DNA from: Octopus vulgaris
Taxonomy: Eukaryota
Direction of reading: 5' to 3'
DNA length: 64,000 nucleotides
Assembly: GCA_951406725.2 (NCBI GenBank)
Contig: OX597816.1
Location: forward strand, 75,268,001-75,332,000
The notes beneath the pieces are model-generated. The model had not been told where the DNA came from and did no database searches. It saw only the letters and a program-made list of their open reading frames with translations. Shown in pieces: positions 14,690 through 28,851 of the stretch. The first letter of the stretch is position 1. Each line of letters starts with the position of its first letter. The translations under genes were made by a program, and so were the position numbers.

Positions 14690-15800
14690 CATTTAACATC
14701 TGCTTTCCATGCTGACATGGGTTAGATGGTTTGACTGGAACTGGTAAACCGGAGGACTGTGTCAGGTTCCAGTCTGATTTGGCATGGTTTCTACAGCTGG
14801 ATGCCCTTCCTAATGCCAACCACTCCATGAGTGTAATGGATGCTTTTTATGTGCCACCAGCATGGGTGCCATTTACATGACACCAGCAATAGCCACAACT
14901 ACAATTTCACAGGTGTTATTTCCATGACACTGGCAACAACCACGACTATGGTTTCACCTGGCTTGACAAGTCTTCTCAAGCAAGCATATTACCAAAGATC
15001 TCAGTCATTTGTCATCGCCGCCACGAGGCCCAATATTCAAAGATCATGCTTCATCACTTCGTCCCTCACCTCTGTGAGGCCCAATGTTCAAAGACCATGC
15101 TACCAGCAACGGCCACAATTATGATTTCACAGGTGTCATTTACACGACACCTGCAATGGCCATAACTATAATTTCACAGGTGCCATTTACCGGACACTGG
15201 CAATGACCATGTCTACAATTTCACTTGGCTTGATGAATCTTCTCAATCACAGCATATCACCAAAGGACTCTGTCACTAGTCATTGCCTCTGTGAGGCCCA
15301 ACATTCAAGGATCATGCTTCACTACATCGTCCCATGTCTTCTTGGATCAACCGCTTCCACAGGTTCCCTCTGCAGTTAAAGAGCGGCACATCTTTACACA
15401 GCTGTTCTTGTCCAAATGCATCATATGACCATACCAGCACATTCTTGCACACCACATCTGAAGCTTCTTATGCACAGTTTTTTTCTCAAGAACTTACATT
15501 TTGTCACACATGCACACTGATATTGCATGTCCAGCAAAACATACTAGCTTCATTTCTTTCAAGCCTTCCTATGTCCTCTGTGGTCACAGCCCACATTTTA
15601 CTGCTATGAAGCATGGCTATTCATACACAGGCAACATAGTCTACCTTTCATTCTGAGGGGGAGACCCTTTGTTAACAATAGAGGCAGTAGCTCTCTGAAC
15701 TTTGCCCAGTCTATTCTTATTCTAGCAGCTATTCTCTCAGACCATCTACCTTCACTGCTGACTTGGTTACCCAGATAACAGAAGCTATTAACTACTTCTA
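14690..15800 (-). mobile_element. RTE-clade LINE 3' fragment with 3'UTR
   Basis: Homologous to the 19820-21385 and 30914-33195 copies (FCYLGNQV.., KTWDDVVKHD), (GAT)n tail, ~48 bp tandem units in the UTR. Confidence 0.85.
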
Positions 15801-15810
15801 GGAATATATA

Positions 15811-15846
<36 letters not shown>

Positions 15847-16456
15847 TGTATGTATGTATGTATGTATGTATGTATGTATGTATGTATTTATGCATGTATG
15901 TATGTAGGTATGTATGTGTAGATGTATGTGTGTATGTGCATATATCTTGAGTTAAATGTCCAAGCAAACACAAAGAATAGGTGCTCAATGTATTAATTCT
16001 GAGTGTGAGAACTTTCAAACAAAAGACGTTTTGTTCTGTTCACATTCTCAAATGATATAAAAATATCTTATGTTGGATACACTGATTCATTAAAATATAA
16101 ACACACATTTTATGCATTTGTGTATACACATACATACACACACACACACATATATATATAAATATATACTGTGTGTGCGTATGAGTGTCAGTGTACGTGT
16201 GTGTGTACACACACACATATATGTATATGTATACATGTATATATAAATATTATATAGAAGCTATAATTTAAAGAAATTTTAAGAATAGCAATGGAGTATT
16301 TATTGATGGTTGTCAAGTTTATTATAAAATTTACGTTAACTACGACTTTGCTTTGCCCAACAATTTAACTGACCAACAAATTGATTGAGTTGTCAGAAGC
16401 TTAAAATTTCCCATCAACATAAACTCTATTTCTTTGTGCCTGTGCATGGGTGTGTA

Positions 16457-16672
16457 GCAAGCTGGCAGAAATGTTAGCATGCTGGGCGGAATGCTTAGCG
16501 GTATTTCGTTTGTTGTTACGTTCTGAGTTCAAATCCACCGAGGTCGACTTTGCCTTTCATCCTTTCGGGGTTGATAAATAAAGTACCAGTTTCGCACTGG
16601 GGTTGATGTAATCAACTTAATCCCTTTGTTTGTCCCCCTCTATGTTTAGCCCCTTGTAGGCAGTAAAGAAAT
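16457..16672 (+). mobile_element. tRNA-derived SINE family B, full length
   Basis: agctggcagaaatgttagc...gttctgagttcaaatccaccgaggtcgactttgcctttcatcctttcggggttgataaataaagtaccag; multiple copies in the window. Confidence 0.85.
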
Positions 16673-16847
16673 ATATATATATATATATATAAATATACAC
16701 ATATACATATACATATATACACACATCTACACACACACACACACATATATATATACATATATAATATATATATATATATACACACACATATATATACATA
16801 TATATACATATATATCTATATACACATACATATACATACATATATAT

Positions 16848-17075
16848 GAAGGCAAGGATTATGGCAACATTCACCAACTTCAACAAGGACGCCATCCAGA
16901 AGAGTTGCAGGATATTCCAAAGTTGTCTGGAGGCCTTGGTTGAATTTTATTGAATAAATTTACTCTTTAGTATTTCAAGATATTTATGTCACTTTGGTAA
17001 ATATATCTGTTAAAATCAGATGTCAGTATAATTTTCATTTTTGTGCAATTTACATGACAATATTTTTACCACACC

Positions 17076-17079
<4 letters not shown>
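16848..17079 (+). mobile_element. 3' end of a maT-like Tc1/mariner transposon
   Basis: [32 protein letters not shown] resembles a DD37D transposase C-terminus; terminal sequence is mirrored at 17171-17236. Confidence 0.65.
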
Positions 17080-17115
<36 letters not shown>

Positions 17116-17133
17116 GTGTATGTATATATATAT

Positions 17134-17173
<40 letters not shown>

Positions 17174-17234
17174 GGTGTGGTGAATATATTGTCATCTAAC
17201 TTATACAAAAATGAAAATAATACTGAAATCTGAT

Positions 17235-17698
17235 TTGTGCTTGAGAAGACCCATGAAGCCAAGAGAAATCGTAGTTGTGGTTGATACTGGTGTCACATAA
17301 CTGGCATCTGCACCAGTGGCAGGTAAAAAGCACCTTTCAAGTGTTAGGCCTCGTGGATGCAAAGTGGCTGAGCTCCTTTCAAGTGTTGGGCCTCATAGAG
17401 GCAACAACTGAGACATTTGACATTATGTTGTGCTTGGGAAGAAGACCCATCAAGCCAAGTAAAACTGCAGTTGTGGAAGATACAGGTGTCATGCAAATGG
17501 CACTCATGCTGGTAGCACATAAAAGCACCCATTACACTCTTGGAGTGTTTGGCATTAGGAAGGGCATCCAGCTGTAGAAATCATGCCAAATCACACTGGA
17601 ATCTGGTGGAGCCTTCCAGCTTGGCAGCCTTGATGAAACAGTTCAAACTATGCCAGCATGGACAGTAGACGTTAAATGATGGTGATGATGATGATGAT
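17235..17698 (+). mobile_element. RTE 3'UTR module
   Basis: Homologous to 32715-33195; ends gttaaatgatggtgatgatgat. Confidence 0.8.
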
Positions 17699-17699
17699 A

Positions 17700-17815
17700 T
17701 ATATTTCTGTGTTCCTTTCTATTGAAGAGTGTAGACTTGAAAGAAAAAAGACTTTCTCACTTCCTGAGCGTTAAACTAATACATCTGTTTGTTATTTACA
17801 CATCCGTCTCATGCC
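17700..17815 (+). mobile_element. PLE pseudo-LTR relic (a second piece lies at about 18085-18240)
   Basis: Reverse complement of about 4215-4320 (ctattgaagagtgtagacttgaaag...actttctcacttcctgagcgttaaactaatacatctg). Confidence 0.7.
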
Positions 17816-17928
17816 ACTGGTTACTCTTAGTTCTTTCACTTCATTTTTTTTATTCATATATATACAGACACGCATGTATGTATGTGTGTGTATATATATA
17901 TATATGCATATACATATACACAAGTGTT

Positions 17929-17990
<62 letters not shown>

Positions 17991-18249
17991 CATACATACA
18001 TACATACATACATACATACATACATACATAGATATTTATACATATATATATATATATTGAAAAGTTATATATATATATATATATTCGCCATGCTTGACTG
18101 CTAAATCCACAGGATTTCTCATTCTCTCTCTATTTATTTTCTCGTATTCCTTAAAACGTAAAAGACTTTTTCATTTTCCTGAGTATCAAACTAATATACC
18201 TGCTTGTTGTTCATAAACCTGTCCTTGTCTTTTGTTCTCCTCTTTTACT

Positions 18250-18650
18250 CTTTTACTTCTTTCAGTCATTTGACTGTGGCCATGCTGGAGCACCGCCTTT
18301 AGTCGAACAAATCGACCCCAGGACTTGTTCTCTGTAAGCCTAGTACTTATTATATCGGTCTCTATTTGCCGAACCACTAAGTTACGGGGACGTAAACACA
18401 CCAGCATCAGTTGTCAAGTGATGTTGGGGGGACAAACACAGAACACAAACATATACACACACATACCTACATATATATACATATATACGACGGGCTTCTT
18501 TCAGTTTCCATCTACAAAATCCACTCACAAGGCTTTGGTCGGCCCGAGGCTATAGAAGAAGACACTTGTCCAAGGTGTCATGCAGTGGGACTGAACCCGG
18601 GATTATGTGGTTCGTAAGCAAGCTACTTACCACACAGCCACTTCTACGCC
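18250..18650 (-). mobile_element. SINE family A, full length and young (CpGs retained)
   Basis: Reverse complement of 9557-9950. Confidence 0.85.
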
Positions 18651-18739
18651 TATAAATTTCCTACACCTATAAATTTCAACTATAGATACACACACACACA
18701 CACATATATATATATATGTATACATTTTTATATATATAT

Positions 18740-18810
<71 letters not shown>

Positions 18811-18861
18811 TATATGTATACATATGTATACGTATACATACAGATATATATATATATATAT

Positions 18862-19764
18862 AAAAAGGAAATGAAGAAAATGCTGACAAAATAATTTAAG
18901 TAAGGGAGAGTTGTTTAATTAGGTGAAAGTTCTTTTTACCGGTTGCGCATTTGTTATGCTTATCAAAAGATATTTTTTTAAGAGAGATAGAGTTCCTTTC
19001 TGATAGATTTTTTTCTCTTATCTGACTTTATGTTGGGTTTGCTGTCTCTTATATGTGAAAAAAGAGACTCCACACACACACACACACGCGCGTGCGCGCG
19101 CACACACATACATACATATAGCTCTTCCTGTCCTAAACGAACTTACTTATCCAGCTCAAATTCAGTCAAGCGCAAAATACACTCCTTAACTACGCCCTAA
19201 AAAGCTATTTAAAATATCCACATGACGTCTACTGATCAGCCTGAACAATAAGAATTTTCAACAAAGCTATTTTCGAAAACTCCATACACCACCCACACCA
19301 ACATTCATTCTAAACATTCATGTGACCTCTCTATTATGACCACATCCAAGTGACCTCTTTATTATGACCAATAAGAAATTTTAGGTGCAACACTAGCCAA
19401 ATTTTAACATCTCTGGAGCCTATTTTCTTACCCCAACACCAACTTCCATTCAAACATTCACGTGACCCCTTTATAATGACCAATCAAAATTGTATTGACC
19501 ATTGTCCACAAGAAATTTTAGGCGCGAAACCAAGCAAATCTTAAACAACTCTGGAGCCTCTTTTTTCACATATAAGAGACAGCAAACCCAACATAAAGTC
19601 AGATAAGAGAAAAAAATCTATCAGAAAGGAACTCTATCTCTCTTAAAAAAATATCTTTTGATAAGCATAACAAATGCGCAACCGGTAAAAAGAACTTTCA
19701 CCTAATTAAACAACTCTCCCTTACTTAAATTATTTTGTCAGCATTTTCTTCATTTCCTTTTTTT
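18862..19764. mobile_element. PLE-like fold-back element with ~210 bp inverted arms
   Basis: 18862-19072 is the almost exact reverse complement of 19552-19762. Each arm has a hammerhead-like motif. The spacer has an internal imperfect duplication; the flanks are (TA)n. Confidence 0.7.
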
Positions 19765-19819
19765 ATATATCACAACTCGTGTTCCACATCTCCTTTTTTA
19801 AATATATATATATATATAT

Positions 19820-21385
19820 CATCATCATCATCATCATCGTTTTTGTGTCTGTTTTCCATGCTAGCATGGGTTGGATGGTTCGACTGGGGTCTGGGAAGCC
19901 AGGAGGCTGTATTAAGCTCCAGCCTGATCTGGCAGTGTTTCAACAGCTGGATGCCCTTCCTAACGCCAACCACTCCATGAGTGTAGTGGGTGCTTTTTAC
20001 GTGCCAGCTGCACGGAAGCCAGTCAAGGCAGTGCTGGCATCAGCCATGTATGGATGGTGCATTTTACATGCCACTGGTACAGGTATCACAATTTCCATTT
20101 GATATTTCAATGTTGATGCACTTGACTCAATAGGTCTCCTCAAGCACAGCAGGTCACCCTACGATCCAAGGTAAGTACAGCAGGCCGTCCTGCAATCCAA
20201 GGCACTTTGGAAGGGCTGGGGCTTCTATGTGAAGCTGGTGCAGGAAACAGCCATGAACTCACATTATTTGACGGGTCTTCGCAGTCACAACATATCTCCA
20301 GAGGTCTCGCTCTTCCGTCATTGCCTCTGTGAGGCCCAACGTTCGAAGGTCATGCTTGACCACCTCATCCCATGTCTTCCTGGGTCTACCTCTACCCCGG
20401 ATTCCTTCATCTGTTTGGGAGTGGCACTTCTTCACACATCTCTCCTCATCCATCTGTAGTACATGACCATACCAGCGCAGACGTCTCTCTTGCACGCCAC
20501 ATCCAATGCTTCTTATGTCCAGCATTTCTCTCAGGGCACTTACACTCTGCTGTGTATGCACACTGACATTACACATCCTGCGGATCATGTTAGCTTCATT
20601 TCTTTCAAGCTCTGCAGTCCTCTGCAGTCACAGCCCATGTTTCACTACCGTGAAGCATGGCAGTTCGCACACATGTGTCGTACAATATATCTTTCATTCT
20701 GAGTGAGAGACCCTTTGTCACCAGTAGGAGTAGGCGCTTCCTGAACTTTGCCCAGGCTATTCTTATTCTAGTGGTAACACTCTCTGAGCATCCACCCCCA
20801 CTACTAACTTGGTCACCTAGGTAGCGGAAACTATCAACTACTTCTAGTTTCTCCCCCAGGAGGGTAATAGAATCTGTTTTCTGAGTATCAATGGTGTCTA
20901 TTTCCCCTATGCATCTGCTGCACACAAAAGCTATCTTCTCGGTTAATTTTCCTTTGATGATGCTGCACCTCCTATGTGTCCATAGCTTACACTAGGTACA
21001 TCTTATGGAGTTTCTACCTACACCTTTTCTACAGATTGAGCACACTGAAGGAGTGTGTGGTGTGTTTGTCTTCCTACTTACTAGGACTTTGGTCTTTACT
21101 ACATTGACTCTAAGGCCTTTTGATTCTAAACCTAGCTTCCACACCTGAAATTTTTTTTATAGTTCCGGAAGTGATTCTGCTATGAGGACCAGGTCATCAG
21201 CATATAGGAGCTCCCAGGGGCAACCCATCTTGAATTCCTCTGTTATTGCCTAGAGGACTATGGTGAATAAAAGGGGACTGAGGGCTGAACCTTGGTGGAC
21301 CCCTACTTCTACCTGGAATTCTTCACTATACTCGTTGCCAATCCTAACCTTGCTGACAGCCTCTCTGTATAGGGCCTGTACAGCC
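19820..21385 (-). mobile_element. RTE-clade LINE, 5'-truncated and decayed
   Basis: GVHQGSALSPLLF, ELLYADDLVL, LEVVDSFRYLG, RRLRWYGHVLQM, GRGRPRKTWDEVVKHDL; 3'UTR and (GAT)n tail. Confidence 0.92.
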
Positions 21386-21848
21386 CCAAGTATATATATA
21401 TACAAACACACGGAGAGAGAGGGAGGGAGAAACATACACTCATACACACACACATATGCATGATTGAATGTGTGTGTGTGTGTGTGTGTGTATTTGTATG
21501 TATATATGAATGAATGTATGTATACAGATTCATTCATGCACATGCCTACATAAACATAGAGAGTGGGAGGAGAGAGTGAAGGGAAGAGATAAAGACAAGG
21601 GTAGGGCTAGACAATAAAAGAAAAGAATGGGATATGTTGATGTGTACATGTCTGAGTGAGGGAGAGGGTGCAGTTAGAAGCGGGGCTGGGATGAAGCAAA
21701 ATGGTGTTGAGGCAAAACGTAAGAAAGAAAATTTATAGAAAGAAACGCTTAAAGAATGAGAAGAAATGGAAGTGCTAGATGCATGAAGACAAAAGTGATT
21801 ATATGCGGTTGCATATGCATGTGCACGTGCACAAATATATATATACAC

Positions 21849-21885
<37 letters not shown>

Positions 21886-22037
21886 AGTGTGTGTGTGTGT
21901 GAGTGTGTATGTATACAATTATGGGCTTTAACTACAGCATTTTTTGCTCTTATTTCTAGTAATGTAGGTGTTCTAACACCTTAGTCATATTTAGTGATAA
22001 TTATAGTTTTCCTTTTTGGTAAAATATTGCATACAGC

Positions 22038-22072
<35 letters not shown>

Positions 22073-22076
<4 letters not shown>

Positions 22077-22231
22077 AAGAATACAGTGTACGTTCAAACA
22101 CAAAAGACATACCCGAAGAATAGGATAACAACAATTGGCTGCTTGATGTTTTAACTGCTCTTTCTAGCGAGTCAGATATCCTATTCTTCAGGTATCTCTT
22201 TTGTGTTTGAACGTACACTGTATTCTTCTTT
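22073..22231. repeat. Hairpin with 55 bp inverted arms and a 49 nt loop
   Basis: 22073-22127 versus 22177-22231, two mismatches. Confidence 0.9.
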
Positions 22232-22323
22232 GAACAATATATAGTCTATTGACTAATTTTTTTCTTTCTCGCTAGACCACTGGTAACTAAGAATTTTTCT
22301 ATGAATATTCTTGCTACCCTAAG

Positions 22324-22371
<48 letters not shown>

Positions 22372-22544
22372 TGTATTAAAAAGTGAAACCAGTCAAGTCA
22401 ATAAACCTCTTTAAAAGACCTCTGCATTTTCAAATCCTCTTCCCTATATATTTTCACTTGTGCAGTACCTTGCAATGTTACTTTGTTATATATATATATA
22501 TATACACACATATATATATACACATACATACTTATATATTTATA

Positions 22545-22853
<309 letters not shown>

Positions 22854-23339
22854 ATACATATATATTTATATATATAGGTGGTGGAGCTCTGAAAGGGGTC
22901 TCAGGGAGTAGTGTCCCTGTCTTCCTGAGCTTGTTTTCCACCACATTTCTTAAAAATCGTGGTAGAGGCCTTGGTCTTGGAACCACGTATGTCTAGAAAC
23001 TGAGGTTGGGAGTAAGCAAGGGCATGCTCCCCGTAGAAAATCCAGCTCAAAAAAAGCCTCATGACAGCAAAAGAGAATGGGCACGAGCCTACCTTGGTTG
23101 CTATAGCAATGAGGTAGATCTGGCCACCCCCATTAACGGGGGCAAAACCTGGATTTAAAACACTGGATGATGGTGATATCCACACACACACACATACATA
23201 CATACATACATACATACATACATACATACATACATACATAAATACATATATACACACACACATGCACACACACACACACATATATATATATGTATACACA
23301 TTTGGTGTATGTGTTTGTGTCTGTGCATGTGTGTGTGTA

Positions 23340-23421
<82 letters not shown>

Positions 23422-23619
23422 GAGGACCATTGCTTGTCTGCCAGAGAAAGCCTTGCAAAAGACTGTGCCTTGGAGTGGACCTTTCCAGGTGCAATTTGAC
23501 TGTCTGTTGTAACAGATGACAAAGAACACTTTTATAAATGTGTATGTATGTATGTATGTATGTATGTATGCATGTATGTATTATGTATGTATGTATTCTA
23601 TTATTCTTTTATTCTTTTA

Positions 23620-23975
23620 TTCTTTTATTTCTTTCAGTCATTTGACTGCAACCATGCTGGAGCACCACCTTTAGCCGAAACAAATCAACCCCAGGACTTA
23701 TTCTTTGTAAGTCTAGTACTTATTTTATAGGTCTCTTTTGCTGAACCACTAGGTTACAGGGATGTAAACAAACCAACACCAGTTGTCAAACGATGTTGGG
23801 GGACAAATACAGACATACAAACATATGTATATACATATATACGACGGGCTTCTTTCAGTTTCCGTCTACCAAATCCACTCACAAGACTTTGGTTGGCCCG
23901 AGGCTATAGTAGAAGACACTTGTCCAAGGTGTCACGCAGTGGGACTGATCCTGTAGGCATGTGGTTGGTAAGCAA
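23620..23975 (-). mobile_element. SINE family A
   Basis: Homologous to 18250-18650. Confidence 0.85.
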
Positions 23976-24123
23976 ATACTCATATACTTACTTATGTATA
24001 GATGTATGCATATATACAACCCCCACCACATATACACATGTACATATGTATGTATGTATGCCTCTATATGTATGTACATATATATGTATAATATTCATAC
24101 ACACACACATGTATGTATGAGCA

Positions 24124-24177
<54 letters not shown>

Positions 24178-24489
24178 TATATATACTCATGCACACATAT
24201 ATTTCCTCATCACCAGCATCACCATTTTACATATACTTCTCCATACTGGCAAGAGTTTGATGGGTCGTCATGGTCCAAATCACTTCCTAAATACTTTTTG
24301 CGAATATATTTCACATATGTGCACATTTCATGTATATGTGTGTAAATATACACACACATACATACATATGCATATATATTTATATATACAATACACGCAC
24401 ACACACATACATACATACATACATACATACATACATACATACATACACATACATACATACATACATACATACATACATACATACATACA

Positions 24490-24557
<68 letters not shown>

Positions 24558-24789
24558 ACCAAATATACACACACATACATACATTGATACAATCATACAC
24601 GCACACACTGATACGTGTGCACACGCACACACACACACACATTTACTCATGCATACAAACATACATATTCATTGAGAACGAAAGAGGGAGGGAGCCAGAC
24701 AGAAAAAAAAAAAAAAACTAATGTTGGTATTTGTTGATGTGTATATATCTGAGTGAGGAGGGTGTAATTAAAAGGAGAAGGGAGGGGGA

Positions 24790-25123
24790 AAGAAAGTGGC
24801 GTGGCGGAAGAAAATGGCGGGTGGGTGGATGGGTGGGGGAGGCCGGAGAAAATAAAGAGAGAAAGAAACACTTAAAGAAGAAAAAAGTGGTGTTGGTGGG
24901 TGAGGGAAGATGAAAGTGGTTGAGAGAGAAAGAGAGAGAGTAAGAGAAAGAGAGTGCACTTTAACAAGTTGACATCATATAGTGTTACCTCCTAAACTGG
25001 AACAGAAGTCGAAGAATATTGGGAGCCGAAAGTACTTTATTCCTTCCTTTTCAAGCATTACTTCCAAGAGGCACGACGTTTCGAAATTTTTCATGTAACT
25101 TCAAATCTCCACAACAAGCAATC

Positions 25124-25125
<2 letters not shown>
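24790..25125. promoter_or_regulatory. Candidate promoter / first-exon region
   Basis: CpG-retaining unique sequence; adjacent ETS-like GCGGAAG and YY1-like AAAATGGCGG at about 24804-24820; possible donors on both strands (tcg|gtaata at 25124, minus gag|gtaaca at 24989). Confidence 0.35.
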
Positions 25126-25197
<72 letters not shown>

Positions 25198-25213
25198 TAG
25201 CAATAACAATAAT
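25126..25213. repeat. (AAT)n microsatellite
   Basis: Seen directly. Confidence 0.95.
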
Positions 25214-25614
25214 AGTTTCTATAACAGAAATAAGAGAAATAAATAGTGCTAGTAGCAAATAAGTATGGGAGGTAAGTTGAAATTTTAAAACATATTTATT
25301 TCATTGCAGCAATTGTTTTCTCTTTCTTTCTTTCATTCTTTGTTTCCTTGTTCTTTCTATCATTCTTTCTTCCTTTTCATTCTTTCTTTCTTTCTCTCTC
25401 TTTTTCTTTCTTTCTTTCTTTCCTTCTTTAATTTTCCTGTTTTGAAAAAAAAAAGAGGAGAAAATAATTTCAAAATGATTTAAACTGTAAAATTATTGCT
25501 TTTCTGTTCTTTCTTTCTTCAGCTATTTTCAGTTCCTAAATAAAACATGTTCGTCAGCAGAAATTGTTGTTCCCTGTATATTGCTTTATATATGCATGCA
25601 CGCGCGCGCGCACG

Positions 25615-25697
<83 letters not shown>

Positions 25698-25843
25698 ACA
25701 CACACACACACTTAAATATATGCACATACATATGTAAATATATGAATGTGTATATGTGTGTGTGTGTGTGTGTATTTATACATATATAAAGAGAGAGAGA
25801 GAGAGAGATAGAGAAAAGGGAGGATAGATAGATAGATAGATAC

Positions 25844-25904
<61 letters not shown>

Positions 25905-26084
25905 GTGATTGATTGGTATATAGATGAATAGACTGATGTAGGCAAAAATAGACATTATGATAGGCACTCTTGCTGATTTCAACAAATGAGAGAGTGTTCC
26001 AATTTTCATGTTACTTAATTATTGGAGCTAACAAATCATTAAAAAAAGAAGCCATTCAATGTTTTGGTTTTCTGTTGATGTTCT

Positions 26085-26280
26085 TGTTTATCCCCAGGTT
26101 AGCCTTGATTGAACAGATCTATGATCTAAGGCATTCCAACCGTGACCATCCCACCTTTTTTGATGAGCTGAGAACCCAGGACGACATTATCCATTGTAGT
26201 CCTTCTCTAAGATGGCAGGGTGTGATTTGAGGGAATACAGCTGCTATTTCTAGCAGTTTCAGTGACCACATATAGGCAAA
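26085..26280 (+). repeat. Interspersed repeat family D (unclassified; related copies near 27.5-27.9, 30.1-30.4, 36.5, 51.1, 52.3 and 56.8 kb)
   Basis: Shared motifs ccccaggt..gatc..aaggcattccagc.gtgaccatc and gatttgagggagatttggctgctatttctagca. Confidence 0.6.
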
Positions 26281-28784
26281 TCATTAATTCAAACATGTTT
26301 GGTCTGGAGAAAGAAGCTGAACTCATGGGACCATCTGAGACTAAAAAATATTGACATGACTGATGTTCTTGAACATGTGCAAACTGATACCCACATTAGA
26401 TCGTTGTGTACGTGGCCATGTATTACAGATTTGTAGGCACTTATTTTGCAAATTCAACCTGAATTTATGATAGTAAACACTTCCCATGAAGTAGGATCAT
26501 ATCCAGACAGTTGAAAGTGTGAATCAAACTTCTTAACCACACAGCCATGTAACTATCTATCTATCTATCTACTTATGGTGAATGACTAAAAGAATATATA
26601 TAATTACCCATCTATCTATCTATCTCTTTCTATATATATATGTATTGTTTGTTTTTATATCAAGTTATTATAAAAAAATATTTTATATTACATTAAACTG
26701 AAGGATTACTCAATACTTTTTGCAGGGGACATATCAGTCCAATAAAAGCTAAGCAGGCACTAAGAAGGCAGAAACTTCAAAATCACTGTCAATACAATTC
26801 TTGTTAAATAATAGTATAATATAATACACACACACACACAAGAATACATACATAAATACTTACATACCCAAATAGATGCAAGTGAATATGTTTGATAAAT
26901 ATGCCTTTGCTGTTCCCTTAGACACTGTGTATATATATGTGTGTGTGTGTGTGATGGACTCTCCCATCATTAGATGACATATGAGGGTTTGACAATTTCT
27001 TATTGAACAACCACACAGATGATTTGTTTATAGCGATCAAATGTTTGTGTACACATAAGTTCACTCCCTCTATCAAATTGACATTACCTGTACAGGTGCA
27101 ACGGGTGCCAGATGTCAGATGATGAAATGATTGCATATATATATATATATATTCCAATGTCTGTATGCATATGTATGTATGAATGCATTCATGTGTATGT
27201 TTAAATAAGCTGCTAAAGTGAAACTTTAAGCTCCAGTCAATTCCAATATGATCAATAAATTTGACTCTACTAATAGTATTGAGTCCCACCCAAATGTTTG
27301 TTATTATCCATAATTTTTATTGATTAACATGGCATATTGCATTTATGATATCTATATATATATATGTATGTATGTATGTATGTGTGTGTGTATATGTATG
27401 TATGCATATATAAAACACCTATTCACTTTGATAAACTTGCAATGCAGTTGTTAAATCAATGAAGGTACCAATATTTTAAAAAGTTCTTTTTAATTTGTTG
27501 TTGTTGTTGTTTAACCCAGGTCAGTCCGGTATCCCTTTTTTTTTCTTTTTCTTTTTCTAACCTTCAATCAGGGAATCTATATTTGACACTTGTTGCATGT
27601 TTGCTTTGAGAACAGTCATAGTCACCAACAACAGTCGGTAAGTTTAAGTTTCTTATTGATGTTGCAGCCCTAATCCAGCGGACATATAATTGAAGAGATT
27701 CCAGCTGTGACCATCTCACATTATTTTCAGATTGGTACCTAAAATCTCATTATCTAATGTGTCTGTCCTTCCTTTTTTTTTTTTTTTTGACTACAGTATG
27801 GTTTGATTTCAAAGTGATTTGGCTGTTACTCCTAATATGTTGAGCAACCATATTCAATGTTCCTGGTAAACCTCCTAATTTTAGTTTCTTAGTTCAGTTT
27901 GTGGAGCATTTTTCTTCTTAAAGTTTGGCAGCAAATTTCCTAATTTCAATGAATTATAAAATTGTTTGGCAGAAATGCAACAGAACATAGTTTAATATTT
28001 TTGTATAATAGTAGAACTTCAGCATAAATGAATTATATACACACACATATATATACATATATATATATATATATCATCTTGACATCCACTTTTCCTGCTC
28101 ACATGGGTCAGAAAATCTGCCCCAATTTGTTGGGGCAGATTTTCTACTGCCAGATGCCCTTCCTGTCACCATCCCTCACCTGTTTCCAAATAAGGTAATA
28201 TTTCCCTATCACCAGACATATTCTCACAGGAAATTGGGGAAAAGGGACACTGCTAACATAACAGTGACACTCATGTGTGACCATTGTGTGATGCTCAAGC
28301 AAGAAACCAATAACACACACACGCACACGTATGCACACACACACACACGCAACACACACACATATATATATATCTACATATATATATATATATATATATG
28401 ATGAGCTTCTTTCAGTTTGCATCTACCAAATCCACTCATTAGATTTTGGTCAGCCCAGGGCAAGAGCAGAAGACACTTGCCCAAGGTACCACAGTGAGAC
28501 TGAACCTGAAACTACACGGCTAGGAAACAAGCTTCTTTTCCGCTCAGTCACACATGTGCCTACACACACCATGTTCCTGCATCTTATAAGAGGCAACTGA
28601 AGGTGCTAGGAAGCTAGCAATTGGAAAGGCTTTTTCCATAAAACACCATGGCCTCAGAAAAACTATCTCATCCATGCCAGCGTGGAAAAGCAAATGTAAA
28701 ACACTGCTGCTGTGACTGCAGATGATATGTATATTTGTGTGTGTATAGGGGAAATAAACATCAGAGATGCTTTTTCCTATGCAG

Positions 28785-28851
28785 AAACTGCATGAGGTTT
28801 TGCAAGCGCTGAATCCATTGCAATGTTGGAACCCTTCTGTATCACCAGCAG
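28785..28851 (+). other. Candidate exon
   Basis: tttttcctatgcag| ... cag|gtatct; one frame open (KLHEVLQALNPLQCWNPSVSPA); unique sequence. No recognised homology. Confidence 0.25.
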
